Source: Candidatus Omnitrophota bacterium
GTDB lineage: Bacteria > Omnitrophota > Gorgyraeia > Duberdicusellales > Duberdicusellaceae
Length of the DNA: 64,000 bases
Assembly: GCA_015486615.1 (NCBI GenBank)
Contig: WFRI01000090.1
Coordinates: 1,608-65,607 of the forward strand
Direction: 5' to 3'
The position numbers and the translations under genes are program-made. Of the stretch, positions 41,139 through 50,011 are shown piece after piece. Position 1 is the stretch's first letter, and the number at the start of each line of letters is the position of its first letter. The notes below the pieces were generated by a model. That model searched no databases. It was not told the DNA's origin and saw only the letters and a list, made by a program, of their open reading frames with translations.

Positions 41139-41675
41139 TTGATGAAAAGGGCTCAGAGTTTAATTGACTATGGGATAATAGTAGGTGTAGCCGCAATAGC
41201 CTTGTCGGCAATGTCAGGGTATATGCAGAGAAGTTTGCAGGCGAAGACAAAAGACCTTGCAGATGTTTTTATTACCAGTAAGCAGAGAGTTGCAGTTAAT
41301 AAAAAAATGGTTTATAACAAGGGCGGGGCAGATGAGCAGGAATTGGCGCCTGCGAACATGTCCGTGTCTGAAACATCTCAGGACGATAGTATATTGGAGA
41401 ATGCCGGAAATCACCGGCATACAGTGAATACGAACAGCCATACCTCCGGAGCCAGTATCTCTCCCAACGAGGACCCGGACAAGGATATAAATACTGTGGA
41501 ACTGCTGGAAAACATTAAATCCGTTCAGAATGCGCAGGCTCAGACTGCTTCTGATGATTTTGCGGATTCCAGCCAGGGCGAGTCTGCGCAGGATAAGGTG
41601 AAAGGCGATTTTTATGCCAATGTCCAGGATAGGGACCAGAATTATATTCGTCCTAATCCTAATAGCCAGGAATGA
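41139..41675 (+). CDS. Flp-family prepilin paralog (178 aa) with a long polar acidic tail
   Basis: MMKRAQSLIDYGIIVGVAAIALSAMSGYMQRSLQAKTKDLADVF. Confidence 0.7.
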   Translation: MMKRAQSLIDYGIIVGVAAIALSAMSGYMQRSLQAKTKDLADVFITSKQRVAVNKKMVYNKGGADEQELAPANMSVSETSQDDSILENAGNHRHTVNTNSHTSGASISPNEDPDKDINTVELLENIKSVQNAQAQTASDDFADSSQGESAQDKVKGDFYANVQDRDQNYIRPNPNSQE

Positions 41676-42388
41676 GGCGGACGGTGGATATTTTAGGTAA
41701 TAAGAATAATGGATATATGTTTAGTAAGAAAAAAGCGCAGGCCGCTGTAGAAACCGCGATATTTTCGGTTATACTAATTACGCTGTTTGCTGGTGTGGTA
41801 AATTACGCGGAAGAGATGAATTATGCCCAGATGGGAGCAATGGAAGCATTCCGCAGGGGGTTAAGTTATGCTGATACAAATATTGGTGCTGTTTCTTATT
41901 CTCTGACCCGTCACCGGCGCAGCGCAGACTTAAGTTCTCCCGGCCTTGATTCCGGCCAGAGTGCGGTTTCTTCAGGCTCCGCGAACATTTATTGGCTGGT
42001 AAGCGCTGGTAAGATGACGCCGACAGAAGGAAGTTTTGTGGTTGAGAATAGAGACGGCGCAGAAAAAAACATAAATATGGATGAGTTGTCTAACAAAAAA
42101 GACGTCCGGAAAATGCATTCTACAACACGTCAGGAAAACACTTCTGTTGATTCCCGTTTCCAGACAGGCCAAGGAAGCACTATTGACGAAACATCTTCTG
42201 CCTTTGTGCAGGACAATATTCAGGATTCTTATACGATAGACGGGGTGAAGAAAGACTATCCCGCGCATTTAGAAGTCCAAAAAGGCATATATGATACCCA
42301 GCACACTTTTTATGTATATAAGCCCGGCTTGGGCCAGGGGAAAATAATAAAGCGGCAGCGGCATTGGAATACCCGGGTGGAAAAGTAA
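41672..42388 (+). CDS. TadE/TadF-like pseudopilin
   Basis: MFSKKKAQAAVETAIFSVILITLFAGVVNYAEE resembles the TadE N-terminal (PF07811-like) pattern. The true start may be the internal ATG at 41717. Confidence 0.6.
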   Translation: MRRTVDILGNKNNGYMFSKKKAQAAVETAIFSVILITLFAGVVNYAEEMNYAQMGAMEAFRRGLSYADTNIGAVSYSLTRHRRSADLSSPGLDSGQSAVSSGSANIYWLVSAGKMTPTEGSFVVENRDGAEKNINMDELSNKKDVRKMHSTTRQENTSVDSRFQTGQGSTIDETSSAFVQDNIQDSYTIDGVKKDYPAHLEVQKGIYDTQHTFYVYKPGLGQGKIIKRQRHWNTRVEK

Positions 42389-42398
42389 AGAGGCGGAT

Positions 42399-42665
42399 AT
42401 GTTTTTAAGAAAAAAATTTGGCCAGGCAGTTTTAGAAGTTTGTGTGATGTTTACTTTAGTGGTTATGCTTATGGTTTTGATGTTGAGAATTTGGAATTGG
42501 ACAATAGTGCCTATTGTCCAGCGCCAAGTGAATTACAATAATACCAGAGTGATTGCCGGCGCGCCCATAGTAGGCAGTTCTTCCAATATCCGCGAGCCGG
42601 TTATTTGGCCGGTATATATTACCCGGCCTTTAGACAAAGATTATTTATTTAAAGGACAGAAATAA
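42399..42665 (+). CDS. TadE-like pseudopilin (88 aa)
   Basis: MFLRKKFGQAVLEVCVMFTLVVMLMVLML: a canonical G-x4-E-type Flp/TadE prepilin motif with Gly. Confidence 0.6.
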   Translation: MFLRKKFGQAVLEVCVMFTLVVMLMVLMLRIWNWTIVPIVQRQVNYNNTRVIAGAPIVGSSSNIREPVIWPVYITRPLDKDYLFKGQK

Positions 42666-44150
42666 ATGTTTAGAACATTTTCTGCTGCTAAAGCCGGGCG
42701 CAGGGGGCAATTGACCCCTTTTTTTATTGTCTTGATAACCGCCTTAGTTATTGCGGCTTTAGTCACCATTAATATCGGCAAAGTGGCTTTGAATAAGACT
42801 TATGTGGCCAATGCTTCTGACGCCGGTTCTTTGGCCGGGGCCTCGGTTATGGCTTCGGTTTTTAACAATATCGCAACAGCCAACAGTCAGATGAAGGTTG
42901 CTTACCAGGATTTTGTAACTACTACAGCCGTGCTTTATGCAGCCGCTTTAGCGGCTTTAATAGTAAGCCATAAAACATCTTTGGCTTCTTTATCTTCAGC
43001 GAAAGCCGCTGCTACAAAAGCTTGCAAAGCGCCTTGTGTGGCAGCAGGCATGGTGGCCACAGCGATAGGTTCGTTAGGGAAAGCCTCTGCGTCTATGGGT
43101 ATATTTATAACTACTTTAAAGTCCATAGGTATAGCAATTACCAGTTTTTCAGTTGCTCAATTGTTTCTCTACAATATTATCAGGAAAATGGCCGCTAAAG
43201 GCAGGAAAGACGCTATTAAACTTGCTTACCGGTATTTGTTTATTAACAGCGGAATAACCAGCCGGTTAAACTCCGGGCAAAGAGATAAGTTTTCTGACTG
43301 GCTGGACTCTTCAGATGTTTCCAACGTTACTTTTGACAAAGCCTCGGCTATGTTTGCGGAGTTTAACCCTTTAATATCCCATATTAAGCAAAGATTTCCG
43401 GTTGCAGGCTCGGGCAGGAGGTATCACTGGAAGGACGGCTGGGAAAAAAATCATATTGTCCAGGGTTTTGTCAAAATAAACAAGGTGGATAAATTTATTG
43501 TCCGGATTACAGCTTTGCCTTATCCTGCTCAAATAGCTTTGTTGATAGGAATGGGGAAAATTGCTTCTGATATTTTGGCGCAGTGGGTAGCAGTGGGCGA
43601 TGGATATGGTTTAGCTGATGATTCCTTAATCGTAGCCTGTGGTTGTGATGATTGTTGCCCTCATCCCGCCTGTTGTGCTTGTAGATCTGCTGCTTGTGCG
43701 GGTGCGGAAGAGGAGTTGGGCATAGATACAGCGGCCCATAGCGCGGCAAATGCGCAAATTATTCGTTTTTTATACCCTCTGCTAACTGAGTCCGGAGTAG
43801 GCCTTGCTCCTGCAGCCTCGCTGCGCAGTTCTTCGGGCTTTAACTTGTCTTGGGCCACAATAGTCTGGATAGACGATGTTGTTCATGACCGCGGTGTGTA
43901 TGTTTTGTCGTTTCAACTTCACCAGGGCAAAGATTTGGGGCTTTGGCAGGAAAAATATCCTGTGCCTTTAAGCTTCTCAGTTGCTGATTTCCGGGGCTCG
44001 GGCAGAATTTCGCCGCCGAAGTTAGGGTTTGACGCCCGGATTGTCCGCACAGATATATCGGGGAAAGGCGCCTTAAGCGCCAGCCAAAGGTTTCCTTTGA
44101 AGATTTTAAGAGGCAATCTAAAACAAAAGGTGCAGGGAGGTGGAAAATGA
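42666..44150 (+). CDS. TadG-like pilus-assembly protein (494 aa) with a Cys-rich insert
   Basis: The N-terminus (GQLTPFFIVLITALVIAALVTINIGKVALNKTYVANASDAGSLAGA) matches the TadE/G-like (PF13400-type) pattern. It contains a CGCDDCCPHPACCACRSAACAG cluster. Confidence 0.55.
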   Translation: MFRTFSAAKAGRRGQLTPFFIVLITALVIAALVTINIGKVALNKTYVANASDAGSLAGASVMASVFNNIATANSQMKVAYQDFVTTTAVLYAAALAALIVSHKTSLASLSSAKAAATKACKAPCVAAGMVATAIGSLGKASASMGIFITTLKSIGIAITSFSVAQLFLYNIIRKMAAKGRKDAIKLAYRYLFINSGITSRLNSGQRDKFSDWLDSSDVSNVTFDKASAMFAEFNPLISHIKQRFPVAGSGRRYHWKDGWEKNHIVQGFVKINKVDKFIVRITALPYPAQIALLIGMGKIASDILAQWVAVGDGYGLADDSLIVACGCDDCCPHPACCACRSAACAGAEEELGIDTAAHSAANAQIIRFLYPLLTESGVGLAPAASLRSSSGFNLSWATIVWIDDVVHDRGVYVLSFQLHQGKDLGLWQEKYPVPLSFSVADFRGSGRISPPKLGFDARIVRTDISGKGALSASQRFPLKILRGNLKQKVQGGGK

Positions 44151-45079
44151 AGCGGTATTTTTTATGCCTTACCATTTTTTTAATGTTTAACACGGCCGGT
44201 GCTTCGATGCTGGATGATTTAAAAAATGTATTTAACCCTAAATCTTTCCCTTTGCCGGAACAGACAAAGGTTTTGAGAAAAGCCCGAACCATGCAGACAG
44301 GAGACATAACTGTTACCAGCACTATTTATACCAGTTCTTTGACGCAGAAGCAGGTCAAAGAATTTTTCCTGAAACATCTTCCCGGATACGGCTGGCAGTA
44401 TGTGGATATTCGGTCTAAATTAAAGGGAGTACAGCAGGCGTTTCCTAACCAAAAAATGGAAAAAATGGAGAATTCTATAACAAATTCACTTGATACTCTT
44501 GGCTCACAGTTGTATTTTACCAATTCCCGGGGCAATAGTTTAACAATAATGTTTATGGACCGCGGGCAAAATCCCTCCGGGGTTGATTTTGTAGTGAGTT
44601 TTTCGCAGGGAAAATCTTTATCTTTTATCAACCAGGAGTTAAACGAAGTTTTTCCGGTTGAGCCGCGGAAAATATCCGGTGTTCCTTTATATCCCAATGC
44701 CCGGCAGGTATATTTTCAAAAAGGCGGCAGTTCTATAACTGCAGGCTATACTACCTCTGACAGCATAGAGACGGTAGCCGGATTTTATGTTGAAAAAATG
44801 CCTAATTACGGCTGGGAATATTCGGATTTAACCGGCAGGATGAATGCGGCTTTGGACAAAGAGGCATTGAAAAAAAGTCTGGCCGCTGCAGAAGAGGATA
44901 ATTCCGGAAGCTGCCCGTCTTGTCCCGGAAAAGGAATTTCATCTCAAGCCGCACAGTATATAGACAATATGCGGATGAAAAGCATAGTTTTTCAAAAGGG
45001 AAAATCTCTCTGTGTTGTTTCCTTGTCCGGCATTGCCGGCGGCGAGACTAACATAACTGTTTTTTACCGGAATCCGTAA
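44147..45079 (+). CDS. Secreted protein with a tandem-duplicated domain of about 130 aa (pilus locus accessory)
   Basis: Signal-peptide-like MKRYFLCLTIFLMFNTAGASM. The internal repeat has halves LPGYGWQYVDIRSKL and MPNYGWEYSDLTGRM. Its start overlaps the tadG-like stop. Confidence 0.4.
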   Translation: MKRYFLCLTIFLMFNTAGASMLDDLKNVFNPKSFPLPEQTKVLRKARTMQTGDITVTSTIYTSSLTQKQVKEFFLKHLPGYGWQYVDIRSKLKGVQQAFPNQKMEKMENSITNSLDTLGSQLYFTNSRGNSLTIMFMDRGQNPSGVDFVVSFSQGKSLSFINQELNEVFPVEPRKISGVPLYPNARQVYFQKGGSSITAGYTTSDSIETVAGFYVEKMPNYGWEYSDLTGRMNAALDKEALKKSLAAAEEDNSGSCPSCPGKGISSQAAQYIDNMRMKSIVFQKGKSLCVVSLSGIAGGETNITVFYRNP

Positions 45080-45090
45080 AAAGGAGGAGC

Positions 45091-45297
45091 ATGCTTAGGA
45101 AAGCCCAGACATTTTTAGGTTATGTGGTTTTGACAGTGATAATAGTAGCAGCGTTTTACGCAATGAGCGTGTTTCTAAGAGGTGTCTTTGGCGGCAGATA
45201 TAAAAGCACTGCTGACACTATTGGCTCTGGCGAGCAGTTTGATATTCACAATATGGATAATTACTCAGATGACCAGATAGAGGTGATTAACCGATAA
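45091..45297 (+). CDS. Flp-family prepilin paralog (68 aa)
   Basis: MLRKAQTFLGYVVLTVIIVAAFYAMSVFLRGVFGGRYKSTAD; followed immediately by a family-2 terminator-like repeat. Confidence 0.7.
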   Translation: MLRKAQTFLGYVVLTVIIVAAFYAMSVFLRGVFGGRYKSTADTIGSGEQFDIHNMDNYSDDQIEVINR

Positions 45298-45370
45298 AAA
45301 GACGCTGGCGCGTTTTTTAACACCTCGGGGGCGGAAGATTAAATGCAAAGTGCAAAATGGCCCCGAAAAA
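45297..45370 (+). repeat. Family-2 intergenic element, copy C (after the last Flp paralog)
   Basis: AAAAGACGCTGGCGCGTTTTTT-AACACCTCGGGGGCGGAAGATTAAATGCAAAGTGCAAAATG. Confidence 0.7.
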
Positions 45371-45430
45371 AATGTTTCGCAATTTAACCCCTATTCCTTT
45401 TTCTCTGCCGTGTGGTAAAATAAGTCCGTT

Positions 45431-46276
45431 ATGGTTGGATTAATGTTATTATGCCTTTTTGGTCTGGTTTTTCTGACGGCTTACTTTGGAGTTCCCTGGA
45501 TTGTTAAGACCTGGAAAGAGGCTGAGCAGGAAAGGGCTGCGGAAGACAAGGCGGATTTGGAGAATATGTTTATTTTTGGCCGGCAGAAAATTTTAGCCCT
45601 GCTTTATATTATTATCCCTGTTGTCTTAGGAGCAGCATTATATTTTGTTTATAAGAACACCTGGTTTATTGTGGTTGGGATTATTGCCGGGTTTGCTGCG
45701 CCTTTATCTGCTATACGGGTAAAAAAATCCCTGCGCAGGAAGGCTTTTCATAATCAGTTGATAGATGCTTTGCTTATAATGAATAGTTGTTTGAAAGGAG
45801 GCTTGAGTTTAATCCAGGCGTTTGAAGTTTTAGCCGAAGAAATGCCTTCGCCTATGCATGATGAGATAACTTTGCTTTTAAGAGAGCACAAGTTGGGCGT
45901 TCCTATAGAAGAGGCATTAGAGAGGTTTAACAGCCGTATGTATTCAGAAGAATTAGGCCTTATTGTGAGTGCAATTTTAGTTGCCAGGGAAACAGGCGGG
46001 GATTTGACCCGGGTTTTTTCGCGGCTAATCACTACTATCCGGGACAGGTTCAAATTAAAAGAGATGATAAATACCCTTAGCCTGCAAGGCCGGCTTCAGG
46101 GTATTATTATGGCTGTTATTCCTTTTCTTTTTGCCTGGTTTGTCTTCAGGACCAATCCGCACCATTTTGATATAATGTTTGAAACCGACATAGGCAGAAT
46201 TCTCTTAGGAGTGGCAGTTTTTCTGAATATTTTAGGGGCATTTTTAATCAGGAAGTTTAGTATAATAAAAGCATAA
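45431..46276 (+). CDS. tadB: TadB-like pilus assembly membrane protein (T2SSF domain)
   Basis: 281 aa; T2SSF-type region LIDALLIMNSCLKGGLSLIQAFEVLAEEMPSP flanked by TM segments. Confidence 0.75.
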   Translation: MVGLMLLCLFGLVFLTAYFGVPWIVKTWKEAEQERAAEDKADLENMFIFGRQKILALLYIIIPVVLGAALYFVYKNTWFIVVGIIAGFAAPLSAIRVKKSLRRKAFHNQLIDALLIMNSCLKGGLSLIQAFEVLAEEMPSPMHDEITLLLREHKLGVPIEEALERFNSRMYSEELGLIVSAILVARETGGDLTRVFSRLITTIRDRFKLKEMINTLSLQGRLQGIIMAVIPFLFAWFVFRTNPHHFDIMFETDIGRILLGVAVFLNILGAFLIRKFSIIKA

Positions 46277-46280
46277 AATT

Positions 46281-47147
46281 ATGGAAACCCTTTTGTTGTT
46301 TTTAATATCTGCTGCCGCCATATACTTTGTTTTGTTAAGTATGGGCGGGAAAGAAGAGGATGTCTCTTTGGCCGAGAGGATAGCCCCCGGCGGCGGGCCG
46401 CCGGAGAAAAAGAAAGAATCTCTGCTTTCAGTTTTTGCGCCGGTTAACGAAGTAATTCTTAAAAAGTTAAGGCTTAAGCCTTATTATCAGCAGAGGCTTT
46501 ACTTTTTGAGGAAGAGGTATAACTGGACTCCTGCGGAATTCTTTGCTTTGAAGTTTTTAAGTGCAGCAGGTTTTGTTGCCATATCTTTAACTTTAGGCTT
46601 AAGAATCGGACCGTTGTTTTGGCTGGGATTTGTTATTTTCTTTTTTCTGCCGGATTTTTGGCTGAATGCCCAGGTTAAGAAAAACAAAGAAGCCATTAGG
46701 CGCTGGCTTCCTGAAACTGTGGATCTTTTATATCTTTGTGTAAGCGCCGGCCTGGATTTTCTTTCGGCTTTAAAATGGATTCTGCGTAAAAGCCGCACCA
46801 ATCCTATGCTTGAGGAATTAAAAGTTGTTTTAGATGAGATTAATGTCGGCAAAGGCAGGGTTCAAACATTGAGAGATATGAGTAAACGTATAGGCATACC
46901 AGATGTATCTTCTTTTGTGCAGGGGATTATTCAGGCAGAGAGAATGGGGACACCTGTTGCCGAAGCGTTTACGATTATTTCCGAAGATTCCCGTTACCGC
47001 CGTCTGCAGAGAGGCGAGCGTCAGGCGTATAAATCGCCTTTGAAAATATTAATTCCGCTTATTTTCTGTATCCTGCCCACGGTTTTAATAGTAGTTGCCG
47101 GGCCTATTTTTATTCGTTTTATGCAGGGAGGATTTCCGAAATTTTAA
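46281..47147 (+). CDS. tadC: TadC-like pilus assembly membrane protein (T2SSF domain)
   Basis: 288 aa; VDLLYLCVSAGLDFLSALKWI...MGTPVAEAF T2SSF pattern; C-terminal TM. Confidence 0.75.
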   Translation: METLLLFLISAAAIYFVLLSMGGKEEDVSLAERIAPGGGPPEKKKESLLSVFAPVNEVILKKLRLKPYYQQRLYFLRKRYNWTPAEFFALKFLSAAGFVAISLTLGLRIGPLFWLGFVIFFFLPDFWLNAQVKKNKEAIRRWLPETVDLLYLCVSAGLDFLSALKWILRKSRTNPMLEELKVVLDEINVGKGRVQTLRDMSKRIGIPDVSSFVQGIIQAERMGTPVAEAFTIISEDSRYRRLQRGERQAYKSPLKILIPLIFCILPTVLIVVAGPIFIRFMQGGFPKF

Positions 47148-47193
47148 ACAAAATAACTTGCCAAATCTGTTAAAACCACTATAATTTGCTCTT

Positions 47194-48834
47194 ATGGAAA
47201 ATGTACTTTTTCTTATAGGCTTGGCTTTAGTATTGGGTGTTTTTGGGGGGAGGATCTTTAGATTTTTCCGTATTCCTCAAGTAGTAGGCTACATTATAAT
47301 AGGTGTTCTCATTGGCAGGAGCGGGTTTAATCTTTGGCCGGTATCTTTTACCCATACTCTCTCACCTTTAATTCAGTTCATTTTGGGCCTTATAGGCTTT
47401 TTAATCGGCGGCGAACTAAAAGGAGAAGTTTTTAAAAAGTACGGCAGGACCATTTACACTATTTTGATAAGCGAAGGAGTTGCAGCCTTTCTATTCGTTG
47501 CCGCTGCGGTTTTTCTACTGACCAAAGATTTGTATTTAGGTCTGCTTTTAGGCGCGATTGCTTCTGCTACTGACCCGGCTTCAACTGTAAGTGTGCTCTG
47601 GGAATATAAATCCCGCGGGCCTCTTACCACTACTTTAACTTCAATTGTAGCCTTAGATGATGCGTTAGCACTTATCCTTTATGGGTTTACTTTGGTATTC
47701 TGTAAATCTATGCTTGGCAAAGGCAGTTTTTCTTTATCTCATTCTATAATAGATCCGGTTGTTGAGATTGTTAAATCTTGTATTATAGGCGGCAGTATCG
47801 GGTATGCGCTTTCATGGGTAGTTAAAAAATCAAAAGATGAGGATGTAGTTTTTTCTTTTTGTTTAGGCGGCATACTTGCAGTAGTCGGTATATCGCTTGT
47901 CCTCAATCTGGACTTAATACTTTCCAGTATGATGATGGGTTTTGTTTTGGTGAATACAGTCCCGCAGTTGAGTCGGAAATTGTTTGATTTGGTTAAAAAA
48001 ACGTCCGAGCCGTTATATGTACTTTTCTTTATTTTTATCGGCGCTGAGCTTAATATGGCGGTTTTTCTCAAAACAACAGTTATTTTTGTAGTGTTAGGAT
48101 ATTTAGTTGCCAGAAGCACCGGGAAAATAATCGGTGCTACTTTCGGTGCGGCAGTATCTAAGGCCAAAAAAGCAGTTGTCCGCTGGACAGGTATTTGCTT
48201 GTTTACTCAGGGAGGAGTGGCTATTGGCCTGGCTATGTCCATAAGCCATAGTTTGTCTTATATGGGCAAAGAAGGCGCATTTTTGGGTCCGACTATTGTT
48301 GCTATTGTTGCTGCGACTACTATTGTTGTTCAGCTTTTAGGCCCGGTTTTGGTTAAAGTAGGTATTAATAAGGCAGGCGAGATTGGCAGGAATGTTACTG
48401 AAGATGACGTGATGTCTTCGTTAAAAGTTAAAGATGTAATGGACAAAGACTTTCCTTCTATACAGAAAGACGCGACTTTGGACAAGATTATGGAGGTTAT
48501 AAAGAATACAGACGTTTACCATTACCCTGTTGTCAGCAAATCTGGGGATTTAGTCGGAGTTATTTCGTTGGGAGAACTGAGGAAATCGTTTTTGGAGGCC
48601 CAGTTGAGCAAACTGATAGTTGCTGAAGATGTTGCGGAGTTGCCGGTGGAAGTTTTATCGGAAGAAGTGCCTCTTATATCTGCGCAGGAGATTTTTGAAA
48701 AGCGGGGGGTGGATTTTCTGCCGGTTGTAAAATCTCCAGGGTCTTTAAAAATCACCGGCATTTTGCATTCGCGTGTTTTAAGGGATACTATTCACAGAAG
48801 ACTTGTAGAAATCCAGACCAGCATTGACTCTTGA
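47194..48834 (+). CDS. Monovalent cation:proton antiporter (CPA family) with a C-terminal CBS pair
   Basis: 546 aa; Na_H exchanger membrane domain followed by tandem CBS motifs (DVYHYPVVSKSGDLVGVIS). Confidence 0.7.
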   Translation: MENVLFLIGLALVLGVFGGRIFRFFRIPQVVGYIIIGVLIGRSGFNLWPVSFTHTLSPLIQFILGLIGFLIGGELKGEVFKKYGRTIYTILISEGVAAFLFVAAAVFLLTKDLYLGLLLGAIASATDPASTVSVLWEYKSRGPLTTTLTSIVALDDALALILYGFTLVFCKSMLGKGSFSLSHSIIDPVVEIVKSCIIGGSIGYALSWVVKKSKDEDVVFSFCLGGILAVVGISLVLNLDLILSSMMMGFVLVNTVPQLSRKLFDLVKKTSEPLYVLFFIFIGAELNMAVFLKTTVIFVVLGYLVARSTGKIIGATFGAAVSKAKKAVVRWTGICLFTQGGVAIGLAMSISHSLSYMGKEGAFLGPTIVAIVAATTIVVQLLGPVLVKVGINKAGEIGRNVTEDDVMSSLKVKDVMDKDFPSIQKDATLDKIMEVIKNTDVYHYPVVSKSGDLVGVISLGELRKSFLEAQLSKLIVAEDVAELPVEVLSEEVPLISAQEIFEKRGVDFLPVVKSPGSLKITGILHSRVLRDTIHRRLVEIQTSIDS

Positions 48835-48976
48835 TATATGATAGAGGGTAAGATTTTTGGCATGGTGAAATTTATTTGGGGATTTAATTTATTCAAATTA
48901 CGCTTTAACTGCCGTTTAGAGATATAGTTAAATCAAAATTTAAAAAGATTTTTGATTTTCTCTACCAGGAGGCGGT

Positions 48977-50011
48977 ATGAATATTATTCTGTCTGATTTT
49001 AAACACGGCCTGCTTATTACGGTTTTTGTTTTTGTGATGATGATATTTGTTGATTATTTAGAAGTAGTAAGCAGAGGAGGGCTAAGCAGGTTTATTAAGG
49101 GCAGTAAATCCCGGCAGTATGTTACTGCTTCTTTTTTAGGCGCTTTGCCGGGATGTTTAGGCTCTTTTATGAATGTTTCTTTTTATATCCATGGGCTTAT
49201 TAGTTTTGGGGCTATAGTAGCCGGTATGGTGGCTACTTGTGGAGATGAGGCGTTTGTTATGCTGGCAATGTTTCCCCAAAAAGCGTTATTCTTGTTTGGG
49301 GTATTGTTTATGTTAGGTATAGTTTCAGGCTATGGGTCTGATGCTTTGATTAAATTATTTAAAATCCAGACTTGTAAAAACTGCCAATTGCCTTCAGATA
49401 TGCATCATGATCCTGTTATTTGCCACCCTTTAGGCTGGAGGGAGATTTTGGGAAATTTTCAAAAATTGTCTTTTTCCAGATTTTTGCTTCTGTTAATTCT
49501 CATTGGGGCGTTTGTTGGGATTATAACCGGCAATATAGGCCCGGGCTGTTGGGATTGGAAAAGATGGACTTTTCTGAGTTTAGTCGGCCTTGGATTATTT
49601 ATCGTTGTCAGCGTAAACGACCATTATTTAGAGACGCATATTTGGCAGCATATTGCTAAAAAACACCTTTTGCGGATTTTTCTGTGGAGTTTTGGAGCCT
49701 TGCTGGCAGTGGATTTAGGCCTTAAAGGCTGGAATTTGGAAGGATTTATTAAGGCCCATATGGTATGGGTGGTTTTTCTTGCCGGGCTTCTGGGGATTAT
49801 TCCTGAATCCGGGCCCCACCTTATTTTTGTTATGATGTTTGCCCGGGGACTGATACCCTTTTCTGTGCTGCTTGCCAGTTCTATTGTCCAGGACGGTCAT
49901 GGAATGCTGCCGCTTTTTTCTTATTCTTTAAAAGATTCTCTGCTGGTAAAACTTTTTAATTTGATTTTTGGCTTAGGGATAGGGCTGGGCCTTTATGCGC
50001 TGGGCTTTTAA
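48977..50011 (+). CDS. Polytopic membrane protein, possible permease/metal transporter
   Basis: About 10 TM and a central CKNCQLPSDMHHDPVICHP Cys/His patch. No prepilin-peptidase GGDVK motif. Confidence 0.3.
   Translation: MNIILSDFKHGLLITVFVFVMMIFVDYLEVVSRGGLSRFIKGSKSRQYVTASFLGALPGCLGSFMNVSFYIHGLISFGAIVAGMVATCGDEAFVMLAMFPQKALFLFGVLFMLGIVSGYGSDALIKLFKIQTCKNCQLPSDMHHDPVICHPLGWREILGNFQKLSFSRFLLLLILIGAFVGIITGNIGPGCWDWKRWTFLSLVGLGLFIVVSVNDHYLETHIWQHIAKKHLLRIFLWSFGALLAVDLGLKGWNLEGFIKAHMVWVVFLAGLLGIIPESGPHLIFVMMFARGLIPFSVLLASSIVQDGHGMLPLFSYSLKDSLLVKLFNLIFGLGIGLGLYALGF

Noticed and set aside
43840-44322. 160-aa minus-strand ORF spanning the tadG-like / secreted-protein junction
   Set aside because: It is antisense to two translationally coupled plus-strand genes that carry recognisable motifs.
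48977-50011. Candidate prepilin peptidase for the Flp array
   Set aside because: It is polytopic and near the pilus locus, but it lacks the A24 catalytic Asp motifs (no GGDVK-type box). Its central CxxC/His patch looks more like a metal-binding permease.
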